A DNA stretch of 64,000 bases from Bugula neritina (GCA_964035545.1 OZ037767.1:30024628-30088627), one strand, 5' to 3'. Counted from the first letter of the stretch, positions 38,969 through 54,300 are shown. Notes: generated from the letters alone by a model not told the origin. Numbers and translations are program-made.

Positions 38969-41900
38969 ATGCCTCGCGCAAGGAGTCCAGAGTCGGACAA
39001 CAGTGATGCAGAAGAAGGATTAGCGGAGTTGGAAATGCAAAAGTTGACCCGGCAACTCCGTATAATGGAAGGAGACAGGTAGAACAAAATAGACTTTAGT
39101 TACCAAAAACTCCTTTCAGAAACATAATTGAGTACATGCTAAGCTTGAGCTAAACAAAAATACGACAGCTGTAACTTGTTAGTTATAATAGTTTTACAAC
39201 CTGGTAACGAGTACTGATAGCTCTCAATGCGATATTATCTGTGAACAAAAGGGATTAACAAAACAACTTATTGTTATCACTATGATTTAAAATTAAATTT
39301 AATATAAGTAAAGTTTGTTTATAGTCAAGTGTTTTTGCCCTGTAACCACATGGACTATATTTGGTAATAGATAAAACTGTAAAATAACTTTAATGGTGTG
39401 ATTATAATATAAATTATGATATTAAAAGGTACTGAATAAACACTTTTTATTTATTGCAGAGAGGCATACACTCAAGAGACACAAAATCTCATAAGAAAGC
39501 AAAAAAATGAAATAAACCAATTAGAAGCAGAGAAGAAAGAACTGCATAAGGATTTGAGATTAGCAGAAAGTCGATCTAATCAAGTTGCTGATGAAAGTAA
39601 TGCTGAAAAATTGAAAGATATTGTAGAAAGTCGAGGTAAGGATTATTGTCGGATTACTGTGTTTGATTAGACAGTTTATTGATTCTTGTATCTTAATTTT
39701 CAATAAAATAATAGATTGTTTTTAACTGTATTAACTCACAGAAAACTCACTGCAGAAACCTGTGCCGATGATATAATCTTAATAACCACAAAATTAATCA
39801 TATTAGATGAGAAAGATCGTGAAATAGATGAAGAGCGAAACATTATTGAAAAATTGACTGCTGAGCAGAAAGAATGGGAAAAGAAAATAAAAGATCAGCA
39901 TAAGAAGATGGGAGGTGTACACATGTCTGCATCGCATACAGCAAAGACACAGAAGGAAATTCGAACTTTAGAGAATCGTTTAGACAAGGTGTGTGACATT
40001 TACAGAAGGTGTGCGACATGTAGGCAAGGTGTGTGACATGTAGACATACCTTGTGATGTCTGAGTAAGGTTTGTGACATCTAGACAATGTTAGTGGCATT
40101 TAGACATGGTTTGTGATGTTTGAGCAAAATTTGTCATGGTGCTCAGCACATTAGTGTTTCAGTTATTGAAAAGTTGCTCATGCAATTAGTCAGGTTATTA
40201 CGGAACAAAAGTTGTGACTTGTTGCAATTCCAATTTTTTCATTCAGAGTCTGAAAAAGTTCAACGCAATGCTGACGGGGAATGCTGACCTGCGACAGGAA
40301 ATAGATAGTCTGCGAGTAGAGAGAAAGAGGTTTGAAGGCATGCACAAAAAACTAGATAAGGAGTTGGTTTCACTAAGAAAGCAAATAGCTGAAGAAATCG
40401 ACCAATCAACAGTGTCATATGACGCCAGGTAAAACAATATGCTACAACTTGTGAATGTTTGGTGCATGAAACACCAAATCTATCAATATTTTGTAATAAA
40501 AATTAAGTATATTCACATGTTTGTATCTGTATGTTTTTAAATGGCTTTATATAAAATCATTAAATTATTTTCTAGATTAAGCTAATCAATAAAAATTAAT
40601 GAGTATAAATGCAGGTGAAAATGTGTGAATTTTTAACATATCAGTATAAAACTACTTTTATTCAATAATTTACTGTTTATCCGCTGCAGGGATGAAGCAC
40701 AAGCTAAGATGATTCTACTGAAGGAAAGAGCTGACAAAGACCTTCAGCAGCATAATGCTGAGATGAAGGAACTTGTCCGAATCCTCGATCATGACAAGAA
40801 ACTCAAAGAATTCATGGGAATTAAGGTGAGGCCAGTCGTGCATACAATATATGTTTTGTATTGCGAAAAGATTCTTTGCTATAGCTAACACTAGATCTAT
40901 ACAGAAACAGTTTTATACAGTAACAATCAGCACACACGCACACACACATACATACATAAATACATACATACACAATTATTGTTTTTAGGATTGATGTCGT
41001 TTAAGCATAACATCTGTTGAACTATCACTGCAGTAAGAATTACATATCTGGTGTACAATAAACTTTTAATTCTTGTATTTAAAGGGTCAAGAGAGACAGG
41101 AAGATGCTCAGCTAAAGGAGTGGCGAGAACAGAGAGAGCAAAAAGAGGCAGAGCTTAAAAAAGCAACTCAAGAAGACAGGTTAGTGACGTCTGCATTATA
41201 GCTGGTGAAACAAGCTTGCAGGTTGAAGTTTTCTGTACTTTTACAATAATCACTTTGATTTGTCAACTATTTCTAATTTTACTTGCGTTTAATTTGATGT
41301 TATCTGAGAGTCAATTAGGAAATGAAGCTGTGTCTGTTTGAAACTGGCCAAATATTTTAGTGTTGAGTCATACGAGAGAGCCTGGGAGCGTATTCGGGAA
41401 ATCACTGGAGAGGAAGAAGTGGATCTACTCGTTCGAAGATTCATTGAAGTTGAAGATAGAAACTTTGCCTTGTTTAATTACGTTAACGAGAAAAATAACG
41501 AAATAGAGTTGCTACAAGAAGACATACAGAAGGTAAGCTTTACAGCATATGATGGTTGCTTCCTTTTTGTGAAGTTTAAAGTTACTTTACCAACAATAGA
41601 ATGCACTCATGAGATAATAATATTGATGAGCAGATGGTGATGTTGAAACTCATATTTAAATCGTAAATTAAAAACAAGGTATGTATAAAGAAATACAATA
41701 ATAAATATGTAAATAAATAAAATAATAAATAAATAAAATAATTGATAAATGAAATAGTAAATAAACAATGAATAACCTACAGATCAATGAGGAAATTGAA
41801 GCATTCAAGGCTCATGGGGTAGAACTAGAGGATAAGAGGAAAGTAATTCTGAAGCAACTGGAAGACAAGCAGGTAAAAGCGAGCAAGGAAGCAGATGACT

Positions 41901-44000
41901 ACGAGGTCAAGGTCAGATCTGTCAACAAGATTCTTGACCAACTAAAAGCAGGTTAGTTTACAGACTCATAATTTACTTTAACAATTTATTAATAAATTCC
42001 AAAGCATACAGTTTATAATTTCCTAAGTTGTAAATTTTTTTCACCTCTGTATTGTAGGTGTGGACTCCCTGTTTAATAAAATAAACTGCGATCGAGGGGC
42101 CATAGATGACATGTTGGGGGCACAGGCTGGAGTCAGTGATCAGAACATGCTTCAATACCTCGGCATCATTGAGCAGAGAACCAATGAGCTACTGGCTATT
42201 CGAGACTATCAAGCTAGCAAGGTGGGTGGTCCAAATATCTAGCAAGATGGGTGGTCCAAATATCTAGCAAGATGGGTGGTCCACTATATACAATCATGTT
42301 AATTTGATGTAAACAGTAAACATTTGCCCGCTCTTTGAAATTTTGTCCAGCAAAGGTTTTCATTTGATATGAAATTTTGACAATTTGAACAGAGCCTACT
42401 CTTGTGTTTTGTTCGGCATGCGTGTATATATCTCTAAGCACTTGATGTGTAGAGAATCTATAGTTTGCATGCCATGCTTCCAGAAAGAGTCTGATAGCAG
42501 TAAGCGAAAAGGTTTCAGCAAAAAGAGAGTATGTCACATGTATAGATTGAAGCTGAATTAGAAATAGAATATGTCGTATTGTAATAGTGCTCTTACATTT
42601 CAATGACCAAAAATTTGATTCACATAACCTCTCTGGTAATGAAAACTTTCTGCTTACTTTTCTATGTGGTGCAGTATAGGCCAAAGCCACTAGGTACTAT
42701 GTGCATGTATATAGCTTTCTATTTTCAATGTGCTGTTACAAATTTTAGGATATCAAATCAGTGGGCAGACTTTCTCAACGCAAAGTACGAGTTGCCGAGA
42801 TTTATTATTAGTTTGTTGGTGTTTCTTGTTGGTTGCATTCCTTTTCACTGCACGCTTGTCCTTTTCCATTATTATAATTATTATTTTCTACTTGATAACT
42901 GAAAGCAGCTGTTTTTTCATCAAGTAAACTGTTCACGGTGTTTAACACAAGCTTCGTGGACTCCTGTGCAACAATTTTATATCATTCTAAATTGTTTCTT
43001 AATTTTTTGTTGCACAATACAATTTTACCCTAGTGAATCTTTTTATAAGGTAATGCAAATATGAAAAAAAATGGCACAGACTGTTTTTGTTTAATTTGTC
43101 TTTCTAATATACTTTCTGGCGTTATGTAGGACTATGAGCGATATGATCCTAAGGCACCAGGTCTAATTGGAGAGGGGCCACAGCCACCGCCCCCACCATC
43201 ACACATTATGCCACCATCTGTTGGTGATGACCTAGATTCTGAACCAGGTAGCAAAATAATTTGTGATAATTATTAGTCATTAATTTGACTAAGGCATAAA
43301 GTCATGTTACCAACTCATACGTATGAATTTCTACTCTTGCAACACACTTTGTATTATAATTTGTGGAACTTTTGTCATTTCAAGCTTGTCATATTATCAT
43401 GCATGTTTCACATAAGCAGTGCAAAAAATTAAAATATAGTACATGAATATAATATGGTATGTAAAATATAATATATTATAATAAATAGTGCAATATAATG
43501 TATAGGCCTATCATATAATTATAGACATGCATATAACATATATAATTATAGATTATGCTATATTTGGTAATTTTAGGCATATTGAGCATGCATGACAATG
43601 ATAAGTGGTGAAAATCTAAAAGACAAATTATTACTTAGCCATAGGGCTTACAATACTAATGATTAAAGTCCAACAGTGAAAATAATCTTGACCAGTGTTT
43701 GAAGGAAACACAACTCTAAAAACTTGCTACTCCTGACTCAATCATTAGCTGGCAGATTATTTTTAAATAGCAGAAGTCTGTGTTGCCATGGAAACGCATG
43801 CACCTACGCACATAATGACCTACATTGTTGTATGTCTGTTTGTAGATGAGGTGAGTGAGGACGACGCCAGACCTATGACAAGGTCAGAGTTGCAGCATAA
43901 AGTACTCAAGACTGTAAGGAAACGAGAATCAGCTATGAGGAAAGAAGGCTTCAGATATGACTTGTCAAACGCCAGAGAGAAAACTCAAAAGAAGAAGTGA
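38969..44000 (+). CDS. ODAD1: Outer dynein arm docking complex coiled-coil subunit (ODAD1/CCDC114 - CCDC63 family); 11 coding exons
   Basis: KLTRQLRIMEGDR; KEIRTLENRLDK; FNAMLTGNADLRQEIDSLRVER; YDARDEAQAKM; RFIEVEDRNFALFNYVNEKNNEIE; NMLQYLGIIEQRTNELL; RPMTRSEL; coiled-coil composition. Exons 38969-39078, 39460-39635, 39807-39988, 40247-40428, 40691-40824, 41085-41179, 41361-41532, 41783-41951, 42058-42221, 43130-43247, 43846-44000. Confidence 0.9.
43782..43795. promoter_or_regulatory. RFX X-box GTTGCCATGGAAAC in the last intron of the ODAD1-like gene
   Basis: 13/14 match to the palindrome GTTGCCATGGCAAC, in a motile-cilia gene. Confidence 0.6.
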
Positions 44001-44855
44001 CATTTGCATTGAGGTGTACATGTACATATTATATACGCATGCATATAGATATCCTTTATAAGCATGTGGAAATAATGGTAGTATTGATTTTATTGTAAGT
44101 CATTATTTGGATTGTGCTAGAAACTGAACAACTGTTTCAATGTTTTGTTGGCCAGATATGTTGTACAAGGAGCTTATATATGCATGCATCTTGCTTAATA
44201 TTCTCATTTTATGTAATTGTATTTTTGACATTAATGCAGTATTTTATATAAAATAAAGCTGTACGTTTAAGAAACCCATTTTCAGTTAAAACACTATTTC
44301 TCTAATGTACTATAAATGCTATTAGTTAGGCTTGTAACCCTAATTCAAAGAGTCATGTAACCAATAACTAACAACTGACGACTAATAACTGGTAACTAAT
44401 AACTGGTAACTAATAACTGGTAACTAATAACTGAGAATTAGTAACTAATGGAGTAACACTGTTCCAACCTAATAATTGCTATTTACAATATTTGAAATAA
44501 AAGTTTATAAATATCATTTACAAAATTTGGTAGGTGCAGATTTTTTAACAGCTGTTTTAGTTTTAGCAGATAGTTGAAGCAAGAGAAGCTGTCTGCTTTT
44601 GAAATAAAGCAATCATTTTTCAAACCCCAGAACCAACGCAAATAATAGAAACCTAGAGCTAAGTACAAATCTACATTTCTACAAAATAGTAGAAAAACTC
44701 AGCCAATCAACACTCAGATAACAACTGATGAAGTTCATTCCCAGCTGAATGCTAAGATGATAGTATTAGTAAGAAAAGACAACTTCAGTCTGTTCTCCAG
44801 CAGCTGTGATGTAACTAGCAATAGTACACTGAAAGCTCACTTTGAGCTGCAGTTT

Positions 44856-44974
44856 GAATGAGGCATAACCTACGTATGAATGAGGCATAACCTACGTATG
44901 AATGAGGCATAACCTATGTATGAATGAGGCATAACCTATGTATGAATGAGGCATAACCTACGTATGAATGAGGC
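44856..44974. repeat. 22-bp minisatellite (TGAATGAGGCATAACCTACGTA, ~5 copies) between the convergent ODAD1-like and TRPA1 3' ends
   Basis: Directly visible. Confidence 0.92.
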
Positions 44975-45303
44975 TTTACCTACACAAGATAATCTGCTGT
45001 TACCTTCAACTCTCAATTAGGGGAACATCTCAAATTGAGAATGAAAATTACCTAAAGCCTGAGCAGAAATCAGTTCATGAATATAAAGTAATAAAAATAA
45101 AATAAAGATAAATATAAAAAAATAATGTAAAAGAGGTAAAAAAGATATGCAACTGTGTAAAATTGCATAGTTTCATAAAGAAAGACTCGAATAAAGTAGA
45201 GCATGTCTTTTGGTAGACTTAAATCTGAAAGAATATGCAAGTATAGAAATGACAAAATAGAAACAGAAACATATATTTATTAGAGTCAAGTAGATATACC
45301 AGT

Positions 45304-48300
45304 CTACTTATTAAACATAGTGCCAAGTTCAAGGTTATCGTCATCAGCATGATCAACATCAGTGAAGTCAATGTTATTGTGAGTGAGAAGAGCTTGCAGC
45401 TGTAACAATAATAGTACAGTAGGTAATTATATTATCATTATACAATGATGCTACATATATGTAATATAATATGCATATAATATTTTAAATTAATGAGATT
45501 GTAATACTACATTGCATTCGCACAAAATTATACAAAATTGCATTAGCAATTGGTCTCGACATATTACTAAAGTGACACTGAAGCATCATTGCATGTTAAT
45601 GTGATATATACATGCAGGTGGTACAGGAAAGTCAAGACAACTCCAACATACCATGGTTTCCATTCTCTCATTCTGCGCAAGAAGTTCCTTAGTTCTAGTG
45701 TTCACTTTACTGAGTTGAGTTTTAAGACGTTCTTGTTCTTCCATCACCTTCTCGATGTCATCCTGTAATAGAAATACTAGACTACAATAGTCCTAGAGCA
45801 CTAGACAACACTTAAAACTCATCCTGTAAGAATACTAGACTATAGACTATAGTAAATTTTATAATAGTAATTGGTTGTATATGTGAATACTATATAGTAG
45901 ATACAGTGTATACTTTTGAGTGGATACAGCGTATACTATAGAGTAAACACTCTGCACAAATCACATAGTAAATACTGCAGTATACATTATAAAACATACA
46001 CAGTGTAAATCACAGAGTAGATATAGTGTGTATTATTGAGTATATACAGTGTAAATCACAGAGTAGATACAGTGCATATTATTGAGTATATACAGTGTAA
46101 ATCACTGAGTAGATACAGTGTATATTGTAAAGTAAATAAAATGATAATAAAACTAACAAGTTCAGGGTTGAGTGCCCCCACAAGAACTTTAAAGTTCTTC
46201 CGGGAGAATATGGCACCAGTGAGTCCCGAAAGGATATCAGCAGAAGCGTTTGGCTTAACTTTCCACTCAGTTTGTATGTTCTTGCGAGTTATGAACGCTG
46301 GTAGTTTAGCCTCAACAGCCAGAGCTAACTCAACCTGCAGATGGAATTAACTGTTGAAAACAAAATGGCAACACGCAACAAATTTCTAAGAAGTAAGACA
46401 ATTGTTGTTAGAACTGGGTTTATTAATTAAAGGCTACGTATACAAAACTGGACAAGTGTTTTGGTAAAACAAGATTAGCTTAGAAAAAATGGGCCTGTCA
46501 AGTGACAGTATAAGAAAGGTATCTGGTATAATAAGGGATTTTAACTAATAAAGAAACAATCTGACATCTATTTCAATGCCATGTGAATATCGAGTACTGC
46601 GAACCCTGACGTAATGATAAAGGTTACAACATATACTTGCATACTTATAGAATCCTTACCTGCATGCCTTTTCTTGTTAGCACTGCCTGCTCTTGTACAC
46701 CTTTGATGTCATCGACAGCCAGACCAACCTATAAACATATTATATTACCAGAAACATATAAGCATACAATACGCTATACTACCAGAAACATATAAGCATA
46801 CAATACGCTATACTACCAGAAACATATAAGTATACAACACACTATATTACCAGAAACATATAAACATATAATGTACTATGTTATCAGTTCAATAAAACAT
46901 GACAGCCTAGAGTTTACACTACTAAATGTTTCAGTCACAAATAGCACTACTATGCTAGTAGAACAGGTAAGAATAAGATTAAATTGGAGTACTCCTATGG
47001 TGAGAAGCTGATTTGGTGAGAGAGAACTTACGAGCAAATTCATGATGATGATTGACATGACCACAACGAATATCACGAATATAATGTAGGCCGCGTGAGG
47101 ATAGTAGACTTTAACTCCGTCCTCATTGAATATCGAGTCAAACTCAAACTCTCCGATCATCATGATGGCTGTTTTCAGCAACGAGTTCTCCACTTCCTTG
47201 AACGGAGCCTAAAACAGGAAGTTGCATGAGTAATGAGCCGAAGTCTTGTTGAAGCAAACAGATATAAGGGGTGTGGCTTAAGAAGATATTTAGTTATAGT
47301 ATACATTGCCATGTAAAATAGAATGTTGTAGTAATTATATCATAGTAACTAGAGTACTATGTTATGTAATAGCATTATTGAACACAACAGGACATCAAGT
47401 AAAATCTTGTCTGAATTGAAGATAATATTCATATACATTGCATACACTACAGTGCATACAATACACTACATAAAGTATATTGCATACAGTGTATTACATA
47501 CACTACATTGCATACAATACACTACATAAAGTACATTGCATGCAGTATAATGCACACAGTACGGAGTATACAGTGTTTACCTGGTTGACTAACAGCATGT
47601 GGAAGCTGACAGCAAATCCAATGACAAACAGAAAAAAGACAATGAAGAACCGAGAAAATGTTGCAATAATGTGAGTGAACATGACGACGTAGATACCAAG
47701 CCAGGGGAGTTTCCGAATGATCAGAATTAGCTCCATCCAGGCTAGGAACACCGCTACAGTTCCAGTCTGCCATTGCCACGGCTAGAATCACACCACATGA
47801 TGATGAGACATACGGTGACTTCTAAAACACTACACAGATTAATGAGCTATGCAGTTTACTGAAGCGGTAGTGTTTTGAGAAAAGTATACAGACATTACCT
47901 CACGATAACCAGTATTAGTAGTGAAAGGAAGCAGGAACAGCAAAGATGTGACGTACAGAACCCACTCTAGCAAATTCTCCAAGTTCTGGAAGTAACTGAA
48001 GGAGGAATTGGATAACTGAAACAACTACAAAATAGAGAATATTAAAAGCATTTTAGTTTGTTTAACTTTTCACTGAATTTTACTTGGCATTGCTTATGTA
48101 ACTATGAGATACTTATACAGGTGGATTAACATGAGCTCCTTCTATACATTAATAAATTTACATATTATTCCAACACCTGCAAATCACAACGAAAACTTTT
48201 AATATTCTTCAGTAGTCAAGTTGTTATCTCATATATACAGTATATTCTGGGTACAAGTAAATTCAGCTGCCCAACTCTAAATAAACATCAGACAAAAATT

Positions 48301-51300
48301 AACCTCTAGAATTGAGATAAAACTTGAATTACTAAACTCTTACATTCAATCTCAAATTTCATTTTCAAAAAGTAGTCAAAAACCAAGTGTAAAAATTGTC
48401 AAAATGGCATGGAGGCTTTCTAAGTTTTTTGAGATTGTCTCAATAAAAGCTGCTTGCAGTATAAGCAGTATAAGCAGTGTCTAACACAAACCTCTGAAGC
48501 AATCTTCAGAGCAATTATGATGATGGCAATATATAAACCAAAGTCAACAAACACCCTTCTTTGTATCATACTGGGCATATCCATAGGCAGAGTCATATTA
48601 TTATCTGCCAGAAAAGCAACTTGGTCCTTGACACTAGCATTAACAGCTGTCTTAGCACTGTACTTAGGATCAAAGCCATCAGTCACTCTGCAATCATAGA
48701 GATTGGTTGGTTTTAGCACTAAACATTTTAATTTTTAAATTTTATTTCGATTGTAGTACCAAAAATTACCAAAACTTAGGTTTTCAAAGTTGGAGTTATA
48801 CTCTAAATTGTAATTTGCCATTGTTTTTAAAAACTACTGCTTACAAAACAAAATTTGATAAGTTTTCACAGCTTAATAAGAGTTGTCTTTTCTATATCTA
48901 GACACTTCTAACAATAAATTTTGTGTCTATTCAATGTTATACCCGTGACAAGGTCATTTCAGTGGGTGCCAAAGCCTTTTAACAATAAAACTGTGCCAGA
49001 AGACCTTCAGCTATTAAATTAAAATATATTCACTTGTAGCTGCATATTATAATGCTACATTCTTTGAAATGAAATTTAAGAGAATCAGAACGTTTAAAAC
49101 TTCCTACTGTAAATAACATGAGAACACAAATCCTACACTCTAATTGGAGATGGTATAGTGAGAGCAAATCCAGTAAAAAAGATAAGATAGATGACATAGA
49201 CAAGCAGATTGGTGTAGTAGAGATATCGTCCCATGTTGTGCCATTTCCGTCGCAAGAGACTAGTGGTTAAGGGGTGAGCTAACAGGTCCTCCCTTTTACT
49301 CCGCGCCTGTAAAGTTATTCATAGGCATGTTGAGAGAGACAGTATGGGTGACTCACAAAATAACACAATTCTTAGTCTGAAATAAGAGAATAATACAAGC
49401 TATGTACCAGCATCTCAGTAATTGGTGTAAGCTATGAGTCATAGCTTCCAACTACCGCTTTACAATAAATGACGGGGTAACTTATGTTTGAAAGAAGAGT
49501 CTCTCTTGTAATTCTGTCTGTGCAGTTTGAAGAATACTTACATATATAGCTTTCTAGTTAACTTTCTATAATTAAAGGGAAAATATAGTAAATATAATTT
49601 AATATATATAATATATTACTGTATACATTTACCATAATCATCAGAGGATGGTTTTTCTTTATAATTGACCTTGATTCTTGAGATCTCCTCTCTCTACCCA
49701 CCACTTGGTTGTCATCACCGTGAACAGATCCATCTGAATTCAATTAGATACAATTATTAGAATTACTAAAAAAACTAAAAAGGATATAAAATATGTAGCA
49801 TATGATATGCTATATAATATAAAACGATATAATATAAAAAGATATATACAGTAAACTGATCAATAATTAATTCAAACCAAAGCTGTTATTTCTGAAAATA
49901 TAAATAAAATTTCTCAGAGTCTAAAGTAAACAAACTAAAAGCAATACATGATATATGGAATGAAGTGAAAAGATATGACATACAGTAAACTGATCAATAA
50001 TGAATTCAAACAAAAGACGTTTATTCTGACAGCAACCTTTCATGGTAAGGTAACCAGGAGGTTATTCTACAGAATACAATCTATTGACAAAGTAAAACAA
50101 GACAGACTCTACCTTTGCTCTCCTCTGGCTCCCAGAAGGTGTACTGATCATCCAGCAACTGATAGTTGAACTTGATTTCAAACTTGGGATGTTCATGACT
50201 GTAGTCGTTAGTGGTGGTGCATTTCTGGAAGACAATCTCTGCCAGGTCTGGAGAATATGAGTCAGAAACAATATAATAACTCATTACTATACAACTTATT
50301 AGACTACAATACATTGCATTATATTGCAATATACAATAAATTAAAAAATAATACAATACATTAAATTACAATACAAGATAGTACACTGAAAATTATTAAG
50401 ATACGAGATGTTTTCTACACACACCATAGTATATTCCATATGCATGGACTACAGGATATTCTATACAGACTACAGTATAAATTCTAGTACATAAATCATT
50501 ATATATACTGATACATAGCGTATATATAGTATATAATGTATTCTATACATACTAATACATAGCGTATAGTATATAATGCATTCCATATAAACTAGAACAT
50601 AGTGTATATATAAACTAATACATAATGTATATATAAACTAATACACACCAGGCATCTTAATGATAAGTTTCCTCATTGGTGTCTCTCTCAGACCAGAGTT
50701 CTTGTTGAAGTAAGTGTTGGTCATAGCATCCAGCCACTTGTTAGAGTTGAGTATGGCTTGTACTACGTTCCTGGTAAATTAATATCATCTTCAGGTTACA
50801 CAATGAGCCTTAGAAATTCTGTCATTACTGCATTTACACTCCAGAATAAGCATTCATCTCGTATACGTACAGTACTATACTACATAGTGTCATACCAGTT
50901 CTAGAACTGTGCTATAGGTTATTATATGTAGTTGTATAACTGTACTAGTAGCCCCTGACTAGTACTAGGCTACATATACAGTACCATATAGATTTACACT
51001 CACATATGACCTTGTATATACAGTAACATATAGATCTACACTTACTTATGACCTTGTATATACAGTAATATATAGATCTACACTTACTTATGACCTTGTA
51101 TATACAGTAACATATAGATCTACACTTACTTATGACTTTGTATATACAGTAATATAAAGGTCTACACTCACTTATGACCCTTATCTATGGCTAAGTCCAT
51201 ACAGTTGAACCCATCTGCAGTTCTGACATTAACATCCGCTCCTTTCTCTATGAGTAACTTAACAGATTCCGCGTGTCCGTGTTTACAAGCCAAATGCAGG

Positions 51301-54300
51301 GGCGTGGTTTTAGATTTATCTGTTGGGTCTATCGGCGAATCATAATCCAGGAGACATTTTATCATTTTAGTTCTGCCATTTGCTGCAGCGCAGTCAATCG
51401 GTGTCCATAACATATAATTCCTAAAACAGGAAATCTTCAATTTTAGGAATGTAGTGACAATTCTATCAAGTCATGTTTTTGCTGACAAAAATGTTGTTTG
51501 CCAATTTACCACTGATTTCGAGTTGAGTTGATAATCAGCTTTTAAAGGCAGGAAAAATGTATTTTACAGAGTTTACGCTTAGCTAGAAATACGAATAATC
51601 TACATTATATTTTAATAAAATCCCGAGATCAGAGGATAGAGTGGGAGTTATATATCCTTTATGCAAACACTGAGCAGTTGTAGGAGTTATGTACTCAATA
51701 TATTACAATCTAGCAAACAGTGAGCTAAATAGGAGTTATCTACACAACATATTGTAATCCAGAGAAACCTTTAAACTGCAATGTTATTCAATTCATAATT
51801 TCATACTTGGCAGCGATGTCTGCTCCAGCCTCCAGAAGAACTGCTGCAACCTTTGAATGACCTTCAAGAGCTGCCAGATGCAGTGGTGTGTTGGAATCTT
51901 CATCGCAGTCTTTTATTATTGTCTTATCAGTCTGAATTAGCAACATATTGTTTACAAGTTTACATCAAAATAAAAAACGTTAATAAAAGTTACAGAATGA
52001 ATTATGATGAAAATAAATTTGATACCTATAAGCTGTACTATATTATTAATAATACAAGATATTACGTAAACTTAAGTTGCCATGTAACACATTAAACCAA
52101 CACACAAAGCCTTCGTTAGCTCATAAAACTACTACGGCACTGGGTGTTGAGATAGCTGAAATAATGGAGAAATTTGGAAAAAGCCTGTGTTCTAAATAAA
52201 AAGTGTAGCAGCAGAAGTTATGCTCTCACAAAGATTTCAACCCAACTTGTCCGAACCCAAAAATTATAAAAAAATGAAAAACTTTATCTTTTAAATGTTT
52301 CAGTCAATGCACCTAAATGTAAGAATGTAAAGTATTGCTACATTGCTACAGCTTGGATCAGGTGTCCTTAAAAAGCTGAAGTCTTTGCTCACTGAGACAC
52401 AAGACATTGAAATATTTTAATTTGAAGCTTTAGAGTTGTTGTCCAAGCAGCAGACAGTTGGATGCTGCCTGCAGAGTGTACCTTAGTGAGCAGCTTGACG
52501 ATATGAGTCATACCACTCTGCGCTGCCAGATGTAAAGGTGTCTGTTCCTCGTCTGTTTTATCACTGATGTCAGCCTCAAACTCCAGTAGCACCTGCAGCA
52601 CATTGCATCAGATGTCATTTTGATATGCACTTATGAGTATAGTATGTCACATGTTACATGTATAATATGTCACATGGTACATGTATAATGTGTCACATGT
52701 ATAGTATGTCACATGGTACATGTATAGTATGTCACATGGTACATGTATAATGTGTCACATGGTACATGTATAATATGTCACATAGTACATGTATAATATG
52801 TCACATGGTACATGTATAATATGTCACATGGTACATGTATAATATGTCACATAGTACATGTATAGTATGTCACATAGTACATGTATAGTATGTCACATGG
52901 TACATGTATAGTATGTCACATGGTACATGTATAGTATGTCACATGGTACATGTATAGTATGTCACATGGTACATGTATAGTATGTCACATAGTACATGTA
53001 TGCAGACAATCATAAAAACAATTAATTGAGGTCTAAGCTAATAGAGATAGTGCTGGTATTTTAGAGAAACAGAAAGCTAACCTTAACACATTCAATGTAA
53101 CCTTTCTGAGCGGCTACATGAAGAGGAGCCTTGCCATACATATCATTAGCATCGAGTAGATCAGAACCTCCTGGGGTCTTCAATAGTGCCTGGATTTTAT
53201 TAAATCTATTTTATTGAAAATTGATGCAAGCTAAAGATATATAGAATAGTCTGAGAGTATATAGAATAGTCTGAGAGTATGTAGAGTAGTCTGAGAACAT
53301 GCACAATAGTCGGAAAATGTGTACAATACAATACAAAAACACACTAAGTAGTTTATTGCAACTCTTATCAATGTTTTCAGATTCTACACTGTCCGACATA
53401 TTTTCACGTGGTCTATAAAATAAACTAGAGTCATAGACTAAGATCCTGTCAAGAGTGCATAGTCTACGCACTGTGATGGTACAGGGGTACAGAAGAGAGC
53501 GCAGCAGTGAGAGTATTGTGCAGGCAAATGACTAGCCAGTGAGTCAGTAATAACTGCAGGTGCCATCATTAGTAACTGCGTAGGTAGAAGGAGAAGAGGA
53601 TTCTGTATATATAACCTCAGTCATGATTTTAAAGATGACTGATACAAAATCACATTAGATCATATTCCTTAGCGATACTAGGAGAGGGGGGTGTGGGACC
53701 CAACTATTATCTGATAGTGTAGTAGATATATGTCTATTATACACATAGCCGGGAGAGTATAGGTTGATATTTCATTTATAATATTTCATACACAGCCTGT
53801 GTGAGATATAACATAATATATATACTAATAATATATACATAAATAATATATAACATATTGCGCATACATCATATATTGTATAGGCTATGCTATGATGATA
53901 GGCTATAATATAACATATACAATATGTAATACATAATAATTTTACCCTAATTATTTCCGGATTATTCTCTTCGGCTGCCCAGTGTAACGCTGTTCTCTCA
54001 TTCTTATCGGTGACGGAGATGTTAGCTCCGAGGTGAATGAGCATCTTCAAAGATGCCACGTGTCCGTTACTAGCAGCTATGAGCAGGGAAGTGAAGTTGT
54101 CCTTATCGGCTTTCTCTAACTTCCCTCCTCTCCAATCACAAGACATTACATTAAATAAAACTAATACCAAAGCTAGTCAGTGGTGCTTTTCTAAAATGCA
54201 TTTTATTTTGAGAATTGAGCTGATCAAATTAATAACTGCAAGACTTGACATGATAGAAATGCAAGTGTCTCTAAGAAATATCTAACCATTTTATGCCGAT

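Noticed and set aside
42214-42927. 158-aa and smaller ORFs in the long ODAD1-like intron, as a possible second nested gene or transposase
   Set aside because: No recognisable motifs, no splice chain and no terminal repeats seen.
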